61,898 bases of DNA from Patescibacteria group bacterium (lineage in GTDB: Bacteria; Patescibacteriota; Minisyncoccia; Phycocordibacterales; XYD1-FULL-46-19), in NCBI GenBank assembly GCA_048617235.1, contig JBMCHT010000002.1, positions 1 through 61,898 on the forward strand. The letters run 5' to 3'. The notes under the pieces are model-generated. The model was not told where the DNA came from. It did no database searches and saw only the letters and a list, made by a program, of their open reading frames with translations. This document shows positions 37,126-46,656 of this stretch, one piece after another (within the stretch, counting starts at the first letter, position 1; every line of letters starts with the position of its first letter). The translations under genes were made by a program, and so were the position numbers.

Positions 37126-38098
37126 AAATATTTCTAATAACTGTTTCCAAATCGGTATCATAAATATCTATATCATCCACCCTAAATAAATCTAACAATT
37201 GGCGCAAAGCGGTTTGAACTCCTATTTTATTAATATCAACTACTACTGTAATTTTGTTTTTATTTTTTAAAGCATAATGTATTCCAAGCGGTAAATCGGG
37301 AAATTGATCAAAACTTATTTCCGGAGTAATATCTATATTTTTTTCTAAAACAAAAGTTCGAGCTAATTCTTTAGTGGGTAGATCTTTAATAATAGAACCG
37401 TAATTAATGACAATTGTACGATCACATAAAAATTCTATATCACCTACATCATGAGAAGTTAAAAAAATACTGGTTCCTTCTTCTTTATTAATCTTTAAAA
37501 GTAAATCTCTTAAGGATTTTTTAGCTACCACATCTAAACCAATAGTTGGTTCATCTAAAAATATAATTTTCGGTTTATGTATTAAAGAAGTCGCCACTTC
37601 GGCTCTCATTCTTTGGCCTAAAGATAATTTTCGTACCGGTTGATCAATAAATTTTTTTAAATCAAAAAGATCAACCAAATCATCTATTCTGTTTTTAATC
37701 TGCCTATCACTTAAATCATACATTACTCCAAAAAACTCCAAAGAATCTGTTAAGGGTAAGTTGGGTAATAATTGAGATCTTTGACCAAAAACAGTTCCTA
37801 TTTTATAAGCTAATTCTTTACGATTCTTAGAAGGATCTAACCCTAAAACATTAATTTTACCGGTTGTAGGAAAAAGAATTCCGGTTAACATTTTTATAGT
37901 AGTAGATTTCCCGGCTCCATTGGGTCCAATAAAAGCAACCCTTTCTCCACTCTTAACTCTGAAAGAGATATCATTAACTGCTTGAATTTCTCTTTTTTCC
38001 GGAAAAAAGAGATTTTTTACCCAACCTGAAGAATCTCTTTTTACCGGAAATAAAAATTTTTTAGAAAGATTAGATATTATAATAGAATCAGTTTCCAT
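37103..38098 (-). CDS. ABC transporter ATP-binding protein (COG4586-like) with a C-terminal extension
   Basis: Walker [10 protein letters not shown], signature LSLGQRMR and Walker B IFLDEPT. Confidence 0.9.
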   Translation of the reverse strand: METDSIIISNLSKKFLFPVKRDSSGWVKNLFFPEKREIQAVNDISFRVKSGERVAFIGPNGAGKSTTIKMLTGILFPTTGKINVLGLDPSKNRKELAYKIGTVFGQRSQLLPNLPLTDSLEFFGVMYDLSDRQIKNRIDDLVDLFDLKKFIDQPVRKLSLGQRMRAEVATSLIHKPKIIFLDEPTIGLDVVAKKSLRDLLLKINKEEGTSIFLTSHDVGDIEFLCDRTIVINYGSIIKDLPTKELARTFVLEKNIDITPEISFDQFPDLPLGIHYALKNKNKITVVVDINKIGVQTALRQLLDLFRVDDIDIYDTDLETVIRNIYESNSTR

Positions 38099-38195
38099 AA
38101 AAGTATTTTAATCTTAACAGAAAAAACATCTTTTTGTATAGAATTTCATTTTAGAAAATAAAACACTCAATATTCATCTAAGAAATAATTTCTAT

Positions 38196-38224
38196 TTGAC
38201 AAAGATTATATGTCAAAGTATAAT
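38196..38224 (+). promoter_or_regulatory. consensus sigma70 promoter TTGACA-N17-TATAAT driving the GC-rich two-gene unit
   Basis: -35 at 38196..38201 and -10 at 38219..38224, both exact hexamers. A GGTAGC/GCTACC hairpin lies in the leader at about 38254..38272. Confidence 0.6.
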
Positions 38225-38292
38225 AAAAATCGGTGTTTGAACATTGTCATAAAGGTAGCCCAAAAAGCTACCAACAACGAGAGGAGAGAGAA

Positions 38293-38766
38293 ATGGAGAT
38301 AACAGCAGTAGTAGTATCAACAAAAGGGCAAAATACTGCCCTGGTCAAGAAGTACGGAACAGAGGTGATGACGGTGGTAGCGGAACTCGAAGGGTTTGAG
38401 GACATCAAGGCTATGCCCTCTCGGGTTCTGGCCTTGAGAGACCGATTCGGTCTCTCCCCGACTCAAATCCACGAACTCTATCTCCTGCGGGAGGGGTTTG
38501 TGGTGACCAGCCGCAAGTCAACCACCTTTCAGGGGATAACTCTGACCGGCCTGGCTCTACTGGAGAGTGAGATCCTGGAATTCCAGGAGATGTCTCAAGA
38601 AGAAAAGGAGGAGGTGGTTCGGGAAATCCTGAGCCAAGCTCCGCCTCGAGGCTTCACTTGGCTGTGTCGTCGGGTGGTGGCTCGCCACCAGGCGACCAAC
38701 GCCCTCTATCTGGATGAGATTCTGCATCCGGAGGACTGGGTCAGGAAGGGCCAAGATGAATACTAA
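38293..38766 (+). CDS. hypothetical protein (157 aa), GC-rich; first gene of the J-domain operon
   Basis: ATG preceded by GAGGAGAGAGAA. An 11-nt overlap with the next ORF suggests translational coupling. Confidence 0.6.
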   Translation: MEITAVVVSTKGQNTALVKKYGTEVMTVVAELEGFEDIKAMPSRVLALRDRFGLSPTQIHELYLLREGFVVTSRKSTTFQGITLTGLALLESEILEFQEMSQEEKEEVVREILSQAPPRGFTWLCRRVVARHQATNALYLDEILHPEDWVRKGQDEY

Positions 38767-39661
38767 CCCCCTCAAAGTCCTGGGTCTAGATCCAGGACTA
38801 ATTCGAAGTCTTCGAGGGGAGGATTTGATTGCAGTGGCTCGATCCCAATATCGGGTTCTGCAAAAAATTCACCACCCGGACCGCGGTGGCTCAGCTAAAG
38901 TTTCAGCGAAACTAAACTGGGCCATGGAGGAGCTGGAAGACCCCAAGCGGGCCGCCAGCTGGCGGAAAAAACTTCTGAACTCCTCCAAGAAAAATAAACT
39001 CCTGGAAGAGTTAGAAGCTCTCCGTCAAGAGCAGGAACAGTGGTTGCAAAACCATTATCTGCCTCAACTGAAGGCTCTGTGTCTGAATTCTCAGCAAGTC
39101 TTCATAGACATCTTGGGAATTCGTTCGGAGCCTTTATGGATCCGCCGGTACAAACCCGGACCAACCCTGGTTTGGGCCAGGATGCCGGCCAAAACCAAAA
39201 AAGAGAAGGCGGACAGAGAGAGAGTCCGCCAAGTTGACCCGGTTCGGAATCTGGTTCGCCTCTTCGTAGAGACGGATCAGTTGCAAACTGAAGACTATAA
39301 GGGAGTCCGGAGCGAAACGAAGCGGTTACCGCTCGGGGTAATCACTTCTGAGGCAGTCCAGCGTCAAACTGGGTTCAGGTTAAACACCGTTCCCAGGATG
39401 ATGCTGGAGATCTTGGAAAACCACCAGGACCCCAATCAGTTTCGACTTCCGGGGGAAAAGGTGTCGGATGCAGAGTTCTTAGGTGGAATTCCGTCTGAGG
39501 TCTTTATCCCAGCCCTACCCCTTGTCCAACCAATCCGCAATAAAGGTTTTCTGATATCCGCCGAGGTCTCAGAAAACCAACTCCGCTTCCATCTTGAAGG
39601 CGACATCGTGGCGCCGAAGATGGTGGCTGATCTCTTCAATCGTTACAACAGCGGCACCTGA
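38756..39661 (+). CDS. J-domain (DnaJ-like, HPD motif) protein with an unrecognised C-terminal region of about 230 aa
   Basis: LKVLGLDPG...ARSQYRVLQKIHHPDRGGS...KLNWAMEELEDP. Confidence 0.7.
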   Translation: MNTNPLKVLGLDPGLIRSLRGEDLIAVARSQYRVLQKIHHPDRGGSAKVSAKLNWAMEELEDPKRAASWRKKLLNSSKKNKLLEELEALRQEQEQWLQNHYLPQLKALCLNSQQVFIDILGIRSEPLWIRRYKPGPTLVWARMPAKTKKEKADRERVRQVDPVRNLVRLFVETDQLQTEDYKGVRSETKRLPLGVITSEAVQRQTGFRLNTVPRMMLEILENHQDPNQFRLPGEKVSDAEFLGGIPSEVFIPALPLVQPIRNKGFLISAEVSENQLRFHLEGDIVAPKMVADLFNRYNSGT

Positions 39662-39678
39662 CGGGTGCCGCTTTTTTA
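39651..39678 (+). terminator. intrinsic terminator (the loop contains the TGA stop)
   Basis: GCGGCACC-tgacg-GGTGCCGC followed by TTTTTT. Confidence 0.8.
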
Positions 39679-40491
39679 TTTTCTATCCCGAAAAAAAGTA
39701 TGGAGAGAATCAAAATCATCATGAAGACGGTCGGCTTTTTCTCCAACAAAATCTATCACTTTTTCAATTATTTCCAATAAATCATCCAAATATTCCCGAC
39801 TATAAATTTCTTTAAATTCAAAAATATACAATTTATCTTTAACAAACTCCAAACCAAAAACCGGACTTTGATAATTTAAATAATGTAAAAAATCTAAAGT
39901 GAAAATCTGCAAAGCTTCTGTTTGATAACCCCTGGTCACATACAAACGAAAATCTTTTAAACTATGAGAAGGTTTAATTTCCACATCACTTTTATATCTG
40001 AAAATATTTTCAGAAAACCTAATTGCCGGTCTAACAAATAAAATGTGTGGAAAAGAAGTTTTAGTAAACAAAATCTCGGCCATGGTTATTCTTTTAATTG
40101 TTCTTTGTTTATCTCCGGTAAAATAAAAATGTTCAAAAATATTAACCTTAAATCCTCTATAGTAAAACTCAATGACATCTTTTTTATTTAAACCATTATT
40201 AGCAGATAAGCTCAAAAATCTGGCTCGAGGAGTTTTCTTAAAAATTTTTTCAAAAAATTGAAAATTATGGCTATCGGCAAAATCTTTCATCCTGGCTCTA
40301 ATTTGTGGATCAATATAATCCTTTTCCTTTCCCCAAAAAAGCTCATAAAACACAGGCAGAAAAGCTAAAGAAAAAATTAAAAAGAAAGAATTTAAAGGCC
40401 ACTGCTTCCAAAAAATTAAAAAAAATCCAATTGCAAACAATGAATAAATTATATATATAATCCCGAATCCTATTTTTAAAAAAATAATCAT
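39676..40491 (-). CDS. membrane protein (two N-terminal TM segments plus a soluble C-terminal domain)
   Basis: 271-aa ORF. No confident family call. Confidence 0.5.
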   Translation of the reverse strand: MIIFLKIGFGIIYIIYSLFAIGFFLIFWKQWPLNSFFLIFSLAFLPVFYELFWGKEKDYIDPQIRARMKDFADSHNFQFFEKIFKKTPRARFLSLSANNGLNKKDVIEFYYRGFKVNIFEHFYFTGDKQRTIKRITMAEILFTKTSFPHILFVRPAIRFSENIFRYKSDVEIKPSHSLKDFRLYVTRGYQTEALQIFTLDFLHYLNYQSPVFGLEFVKDKLYIFEFKEIYSREYLDDLLEIIEKVIDFVGEKADRLHDDFDSLHTFFRDRK

Positions 40492-41276
40492 TTCTTTAAT
40501 TTAAATATAACAAACTCTGGTATTTTATTTAATCTGTAATAAGTTTGAGATTTAATTGTCTTGAGTTTTTCCAACGGCCGCGGTTCAATCATTTTTTCTA
40601 TTAAAAAACCCGCTTCAGTCGCAGCTTCAGCAATATCTCCCAAAGGCATAGACCATATATTTACCGTATTTTCTCCCATGCTATCTATAATTTTCTTCTT
40701 GGCTAAATAATCTCCCGTAACCTCCACTTTGCCGGTAGCTTTTTCTTTTACAACTTCTAATTTTTTAATAAAATATTCTTTATCATCTTTTTGAGCCATG
40801 GCCAAACGCACGGGATGTCCGCAAGAAAATAAAAAAGAAGACCCCGGTTTTAATAGACGATAAACTTCCTTAAAGACCTTATTCCAATCTTCTAAGTAAT
40901 GAATTGCCAAACTGGAATATATAAAATCGAAACTGGAATCAGGGAAATTTATCTTTTCCATATTCATAACAAAAAATTCACATTCAGAATATGATTTTTT
41001 AGCAATATTAATCAGCTCTTCACTTAAATCAATACCTACAGATTTATTAGCTCCTTGTTTTTTAAGATAAAAACTATCCTCTCCACTACCACAACCAAGA
41101 CTTAAAACTTTTTTATTTTCAAGCTCCGGCAATAAAGCATACATAGCCGGCTTTTCGTAATAAGCATGATAAATAGAATCTTCAGAATTTCGAACATGAG
41201 ACGCATACTCCTTTGCTTTGTCTTTATAATATTGAATGGTTTTATCGTCTGTAGACATATAACAATTTTTAATCAT
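40488..41276 (-). CDS. class I SAM-dependent methyltransferase
   Basis: Motif I VLSLGCGSGED in a Methyltransf_11-like layout. Confidence 0.8.
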   Translation of the reverse strand: MIKNCYMSTDDKTIQYYKDKAKEYASHVRNSEDSIYHAYYEKPAMYALLPELENKKVLSLGCGSGEDSFYLKKQGANKSVGIDLSEELINIAKKSYSECEFFVMNMEKINFPDSSFDFIYSSLAIHYLEDWNKVFKEVYRLLKPGSSFLFSCGHPVRLAMAQKDDKEYFIKKLEVVKEKATGKVEVTGDYLAKKKIIDSMGENTVNIWSMPLGDIAEAATEAGFLIEKMIEPRPLEKLKTIKSQTYYRLNKIPEFVIFKLKK

Positions 41277-41576
41277 TTATTCACCCATAATCTCCGATTC
41301 AATTCTATGGGCATCTTCAATTATTCGTTTTATCATATCTTCTACTAAATCAGGATTAAGGGTTAATTTTTCTGCTAATTGACGACGATCTTTAATTACC
41401 TCTTTTTCTCTTTCAGGTTGGTACCTAGCCACATTATTTTTCTTTTTATATTCGGCCACCATAGGAATAAGAGCCATCCGACGAGCTAAAACTTCAATTA
41501 ATTCCGTATCTAAAAGATCTAGCTGTTTTCTTAAATCATTAATATCTTCATTATTAAATTGTGATATTTGATTCAT
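41277..41576 (-). CDS. chorismate mutase (AroQ class)
   Basis: 99 aa with LRKQLDLLDTELIEVLARRM......ER pattern. Confidence 0.75.
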   Translation of the reverse strand: MNQISQFNNEDINDLRKQLDLLDTELIEVLARRMALIPMVAEYKKKNNVARYQPEREKEVIKDRRQLAEKLTLNPDLVEDMIKRIIEDAHRIESEIMGE

Positions 41577-41597
41577 ATAAAAATTTAACTTTAATTA

Positions 41598-43307
41598 TTA
41601 AACCTGACCCAAAACTCTTTTTATATAACAATATTTATCTATTTCCGCCAAAGCGGATTGTATATTTTTAGATTTTAAATTACCCTCTAATTCCAAGAAA
41701 AAATAATAATCACAATCTTCTAAATCTGAAGACTTGGAATGTAATTTAGTCAAATTAATAGATCTGGTAGCAAAAGAATTCAAAATATCATTTAAAATAC
41801 CCGGCCTATTATGTACAAGCAAAATAAGAGCGGTTTTGGCAGTTTTAAAAGATTTTAATAATTCAAGATTGTCGGCTTTGGTAATAATATAGAACTCGGT
41901 TGAATTATTTTTTTTATCCTCAATATTTTTAACTAAAATATTTAATTTATATTTTCGAGCTGCCTCCAAACTACCTATAAAAGCTGTTTCTTTATCTTTG
42001 GTTTCTAAAATAGCCTTAGCCGAACTGGCTACCGGTTCCAAGATAACATCCGGTAAATTAATTCTAAGCCATTCTTTAGCTTGAGCTAAAGGTTGAGGAT
42101 GGGATTTAATAACTTTTATGGCAGATAAATCTTTAGCTCGACTAAATAAGTGTAAATGTATAGGCATACGGTAAGAACCGGCTACTACTAATGGAAATTT
42201 AGTGAAACAATCCAAAGACTCTTGGACAATACCTTGAGTACTGTTTTCTATAGGAACAACTGCGGTTCCTAGATCACTGTTTAAAGTATATTCAAAAACT
42301 TCACGAATGGTGGTACAAAATTCAATATTATTATCACGATCAAATATATTTTTAGCCGCCAGATGAGAAAAGGTTCCTTCCGGCCCTAAAACAAAAATTG
42401 ATTGTTTTTTTAAATCTTGGTTTTTATACTTTTTAGCTTGAGAAACAACGAAAGATTGACGATCAGCAATATTAAAGATTTCCATCGAAGCTGTTTGAGC
42501 CAGAGGTATAAAAGATTCCAAAGCTTTAGCCGATTGTTCATAAATTTTTATATAAGATTTTAAATTCTTTTCTTTGATAGTAGAACTTAATTTTTTATAT
42601 TCTTTATCTAAATCATTTAAAGTTTTTCTAAAAGCGGGATTTTGAATCGCAATCTCGGCATAAAGATTGGCTTTACCCCCAAGCACCCGAGCACTTAAAA
42701 TACTTTGCAACCTAAACACCGGAGAAGAATATAAATTAAGTTGCTGAGTATTATGTTTACTTAAAACTACTCCAAATAAAATATTAATAAAATGAGTCAA
42801 AGCTTGAACAATAGCCATATTTTTATCATGTTCAGAAGCTGGTGATTCAATTAGACGAGCTCCTCTTTTTTTAAATAAATCTTTCAAAAAAAGTACCCAG
42901 TGATTATCTCGACCCGGACAAAAAACAATTGACTGATTTTTCAATGAAGTAACTAAAGGACCAAACATTGGATGAATACCAACAACTCCGCAACCAGATT
43001 TAGTTTTCATCATTTCTTTTAAGGGAAATTCTTTAATCGAGGTAAAATCACATAAAAGCGCCTCCGGTCTGACTTGCTCTCTTATTTTTTTAATAACCGA
43101 AGCCGTAACTGAAATAGGCACAGAGACTATAACAATATCTGCTTTTTTAACTTCAATTAAAGTTTCTTTTTCATCAGCTCGACCCAAAGCTTTAACCGTC
43201 AAACCTTCTTTTTTAAAAAAATTTACAAACCAAGAACCAAATTTACCATTACCACCTAAAATAACAATATAAGGATTATTCTTATCTTTTAAATTTTTGT
43301 TAACCAT
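41598..43307 (-). CDS. fused prephenate dehydrogenase (TyrA-like) / prephenate dehydratase (PheA-like) with a C-terminal ACT domain
   Basis: N-terminal ILGGNGKFG Rossmann fold and HPMFGP. The central part has VLGPEGTFSH and the TRF-like region of PDT. The C-terminal ACT-like segment reads LLVHNRPGILNDIL. Confidence 0.7.
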   Translation of the reverse strand: MVNKNLKDKNNPYIVILGGNGKFGSWFVNFFKKEGLTVKALGRADEKETLIEVKKADIVIVSVPISVTASVIKKIREQVRPEALLCDFTSIKEFPLKEMMKTKSGCGVVGIHPMFGPLVTSLKNQSIVFCPGRDNHWVLFLKDLFKKRGARLIESPASEHDKNMAIVQALTHFINILFGVVLSKHNTQQLNLYSSPVFRLQSILSARVLGGKANLYAEIAIQNPAFRKTLNDLDKEYKKLSSTIKEKNLKSYIKIYEQSAKALESFIPLAQTASMEIFNIADRQSFVVSQAKKYKNQDLKKQSIFVLGPEGTFSHLAAKNIFDRDNNIEFCTTIREVFEYTLNSDLGTAVVPIENSTQGIVQESLDCFTKFPLVVAGSYRMPIHLHLFSRAKDLSAIKVIKSHPQPLAQAKEWLRINLPDVILEPVASSAKAILETKDKETAFIGSLEAARKYKLNILVKNIEDKKNNSTEFYIITKADNLELLKSFKTAKTALILLVHNRPGILNDILNSFATRSINLTKLHSKSSDLEDCDYYFFLELEGNLKSKNIQSALAEIDKYCYIKRVLGQV

Positions 43308-44161
43308 TTTTTATATTTTTTGTCTTGACCTCTAACCACTAAATCATATTTTTCTTTAATTTGTTCGGAAACTGTAAATTGTTTAAAAATATGCTTATCA
43401 ATTGATTTAATCATTGTTACCTCGGCGGCGGTACCGGTAAAAAAAGCTTCATCAAAATTTTTCAAATCTGAAGGAGTAATACTTTTTTCTATTACTTTAT
43501 ATCCCATTTCTTTTACTAAAATCATAACAGTATCACGAGTCAAACCCGGTAAAATAGAACCGCTCTTAGGGGTAATAATATTATTATTTTTAACAAAAAA
43601 AATATTTTCCCCGGCTCCTTCCGCTACTTTTTTATTAACATCAAGCAACAAGGCTTCATCAAAACCGACCCGACGAGCCTGACTAGTAGCTAAAATAGAA
43701 TTAACATAATGACCGGAAATTTTAGCTCGGACATCGGTAGAATCATGATGAATTCTTATAAAAGAAGAAATCTTTACTCGAACCTTATCATTTAAATATT
43801 TACCCCAAGGCCAAGCCGCTATTACCAAGTGAACATCAGCCCCTTGAGGATCAAGACCCATTTTATTGCCAAAATAAATCAACGGCCTAATATAACCCTC
43901 CTGAAAACGATTAACCCGGATTGTTTCTAAAACCGCTTCTTCCGTTTTTTTAATAGAAAAAGGCAGTTTCATTCCCATTACCTCAGCAGAATAAAATAAT
44001 CGTTTAAGATGATCCCTTAGACGAAAGACGGCCGAACCGTTATCGGTTTTATAAAATCTAATACCTTCAAAAACAGCACTGCCATAATGTAAACTATGGG
44101 TTAAAAGAGGTATTTTAGCTTTTTGTTCATTAACAATTTTTCCATCGAGCCAATATTTCAT
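43289..44161 (-). CDS. class IV aminotransferase (branched-chain/D-amino-acid aminotransferase family)
   Basis: FEGIR..., ...EGAGENIF and TGTAAEV motifs. Confidence 0.8.
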   Translation of the reverse strand: MKYWLDGKIVNEQKAKIPLLTHSLHYGSAVFEGIRFYKTDNGSAVFRLRDHLKRLFYSAEVMGMKLPFSIKKTEEAVLETIRVNRFQEGYIRPLIYFGNKMGLDPQGADVHLVIAAWPWGKYLNDKVRVKISSFIRIHHDSTDVRAKISGHYVNSILATSQARRVGFDEALLLDVNKKVAEGAGENIFFVKNNNIITPKSGSILPGLTRDTVMILVKEMGYKVIEKSITPSDLKNFDEAFFTGTAAEVTMIKSIDKHIFKQFTVSEQIKEKYDLVVRGQDKKYKKWLTKI

Positions 44162-44199
44162 ATAAACCGAATATTACCAAAAAATAAGCTAAAAGTCAC

Positions 44200-44535
44200 C
44201 TAAACCTTTCTTTTCTCATCAACAAACAAAGTATTAATTAATGAAACCAAGATTGAAAAAAACAAAGCAGACCAAAAACCGGCCACACTAAACTCAGGAA
44301 CAATAGCAGCCGCCAGTAAAATCATTAAAGCATTTATAACCAAAGAAAACAGCCCTAAAGTAAAAATGTTAATTGGCAAGGTTAAAATAAATATTAAAGG
44401 CTTAATGGAGATATTTATAATCCCCAAAACTATAGCCGCCGCCACAGCTGCAATTATAGTTATTTCAACCCCCGGCAAGATATAAGCAGCCACTAAAATA
44501 GCCAAAAATGACAAAAATAAATGTTTTAAATTCAT
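44200..44535 (-). CDS. DUF360 / phage-holin-4-family small membrane protein
   Basis: 111 aa with 3-4 TM segments. The pattern AAYILPG..I....AAI.LG.IN..IKP is typical. Confidence 0.6.
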   Translation of the reverse strand: MNLKHLFLSFLAILVAAYILPGVEITIIAAVAAAIVLGIINISIKPLIFILTLPINIFTLGLFSLVINALMILLAAAIVPEFSVAGFWSALFFSILVSLINTLFVDEKRKV

Positions 44536-44541
44536 AATAGA

Positions 44542-45552
44542 CTATTCAAATCTGACTTTAAATTTTAAACTATCTTCATATTCCGGTAAACCTGACGGAT
44601 TAGCTTTATGAAAAATAATACTACCGACATTAGACCCTTCAGGTTTTTCAAACTCAACTAAACCGGAGAAAGGCACAAAATCTTCGGTCATCCAATTTTT
44701 TTCTGTTTGAATAAAAGTTTCAGCGATAGTTTTTTCATCTTGATCAATTAATGTAACCGAGGCCGAAGCCTCAAACAACCAAGTACCACGAATTTCTCCT
44801 TCTAACTCTAAAGGGCTTTTAATAGTTTGATTGGGTTTAGGATTTGTTACTTTAATATTGTCATTTTCAGTCATAGTTTCAGAATTCAAAAAAGCAAAAG
44901 ATTGAGCTACAGCAACTCCCTCGGTCCATTTATTAGAATCAACTTCTCCTTCCCAAATAACTTGATCACCTCGAGCTAAAGGATCACATTCAGTTTGTGA
45001 TATTATTTTATCATTACGTAAACAGTGAGTTTTAAGATTTTGAATCTCCAATCGAATCCAAACAAAACCGGAACTATTCCAATCATCAGGTTGATTTAAG
45101 GGTTTCAAATAAGCTGCAAAAGGTATACCATCTTCTAAAACATAAACTTTAGAATCAGAGGAGAGTTCATAAGGAAAATCTAAACCACTTTCGGCAATAC
45201 TAATTGCCGAAGCAAAAATTCCTTCGGTTGGAATACCTCTTGGATACACAGAGACATGAGTTTTGTTGTTATGATGATCAAATGGCAAAACTTGACTATA
45301 ATTATTGTTTTTACTTGGATAAAAATTAAACATAGGTACTATATTATTATTATCTGTTGCTATAAATTTTTCCCAAGTATTTGGATACTTAATGGTAAAA
45401 TTAAAGTTTGACGACTGATATTTCTCATCCAACTTAATATTTTGACTATCTTCACTTCTTTGATTTAAATCAGTCTCCTCTAAATTTTGAAACAAATAAA
45501 AACCAGTAAGAATTAAAACCATTAAAATTATAATTGTAAAGATTCCCTTCAT
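44542..45552 (-). CDS. secreted protein with a C-terminal Gmad2-like Ig domain
   Basis: Signal anchor. C-terminal segment V.NP.PNQ.I.SPL...GE.RG.WLFEA... Confidence 0.5.
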   Translation of the reverse strand: MKGIFTIIILMVLILTGFYLFQNLEETDLNQRSEDSQNIKLDEKYQSSNFNFTIKYPNTWEKFIATDNNNIVPMFNFYPSKNNNYSQVLPFDHHNNKTHVSVYPRGIPTEGIFASAISIAESGLDFPYELSSDSKVYVLEDGIPFAAYLKPLNQPDDWNSSGFVWIRLEIQNLKTHCLRNDKIISQTECDPLARGDQVIWEGEVDSNKWTEGVAVAQSFAFLNSETMTENDNIKVTNPKPNQTIKSPLELEGEIRGTWLFEASASVTLIDQDEKTIAETFIQTEKNWMTEDFVPFSGLVEFEKPEGSNVGSIIFHKANPSGLPEYEDSLKFKVRFE

Positions 45553-45623
45553 TTCTTAATTATAACTCAAATAACTTTATCACCAAAATATTATTAATTA
45601 TAATACTTAAAAAGCAAGATTAT

Positions 45624-46013
45624 TTAGAATTCAACTTTAAAATTATATTTAGTGTTAATGAAATAATTAGTTAAAAAAATCGGAAAACTAATCATAATCC
45701 TCGCTACTATGTAATGAATTTTAATAATATCAACAAATAAATACATACCACTGGTTACGGTTATTAAACCTAAAATTGTCATAGTAATAAAAATCAAATA
45801 TCCGGTTTTAATTTCTCTTTTGGTTTCGGGATAAACAAACCTTCTAAGCAAAAAATAATTAACAGAAATAACTATGATAAAAGTTAGAATTGAAGCAACT
45901 AAATAATAAACTGAGAAAATATCAACAAGTAAAAACAAAAGCCCTAATTCAAGCAATAAGCTTAAAAATCCCACGATTGCATATTTGGAAAATTTTAATA
46001 TTTTTAATTTCAC
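45624..46013 (-). CDS. GtrA-family membrane protein
   Basis: 129 aa with 4 TM segments and a FSKYAIVG start. Confidence 0.65.
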   Translation of the reverse strand: MKLKILKFSKYAIVGFLSLLLELGLLFLLVDIFSVYYLVASILTFIIVISVNYFLLRRFVYPETKREIKTGYLIFITMTILGLITVTSGMYLFVDIIKIHYIVARIMISFPIFLTNYFINTKYNFKVEF

Positions 46014-46029
46014 TTAAAATATAAAAATA

Positions 46030-46530
46030 TTATTTATCTAAAATCTTTTTAGCCTCACCGATAGGCTCCGTTTTATTTAGACTTTCTATTTTTTCAGTAA
46101 TCATTTCGAGTAAAACTTTCGGGTTTTGTTTAGTGTAATTTCCATAAAATCTAGCTGAAATAATTTTTTTAAGATTTTCATTCCAATCTTTTTCTATTAA
46201 GTAATTCATTTCTTTGGGATAAAATAAATAAATTTGATCTAAAGAGACCTTTTTTGAATAAGCTAATACCTTCTCAGCCAATTCAATTGAAAATTTTTTT
46301 TCATATTCATTTTTTTTAGATTCTAAAACAGAACCGTAAGTTGTATCCTCTCCACCACCTTTTTTGAAAAGACCTTCTTTATCAGAATATTCAGGTTCCT
46401 CTATTTTAATCTCCTCTATTTTTTCAATCTCTCCATCCCTGGCTTTGAAAAACAAGCCATGATGGTGACCCATAACAACCAAAAGAGTTTCTTTATTTTT
46501 AAATTGAACTAATTTTTGTGGTATTTTCAT
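46030..46530 (-). CDS. hypothetical protein (possibly eRF1-like/host-attachment family; weak)
   Basis: 166-aa ORF. Only a loose resemblance was seen. Confidence 0.4.
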   Translation of the reverse strand: MKIPQKLVQFKNKETLLVVMGHHHGLFFKARDGEIEKIEEIKIEEPEYSDKEGLFKKGGGEDTTYGSVLESKKNEYEKKFSIELAEKVLAYSKKVSLDQIYLFYPKEMNYLIEKDWNENLKKIISARFYGNYTKQNPKVLLEMITEKIESLNKTEPIGEAKKILDK

Positions 46531-46656
46531 AAAAAATTTGAGTAAATTAAAAAAATTAATAATCTACTTTGTCTGTATTTTAACAAAAATAAGACATGAT
46601 GTTAAATTAAAATACAGTAAAAAATCCTTCTCAACTTAAAGCAAAAAGTTGTAATA

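Noticed and set aside
44200-45552. A holin-family-4 gene next to a secreted Ig-domain protein could indicate a prophage lysis module.
   Set aside because: There are no endolysin, portal, terminase, capsid or integrase genes nearby. DUF360 proteins are common chromosomal membrane proteins.
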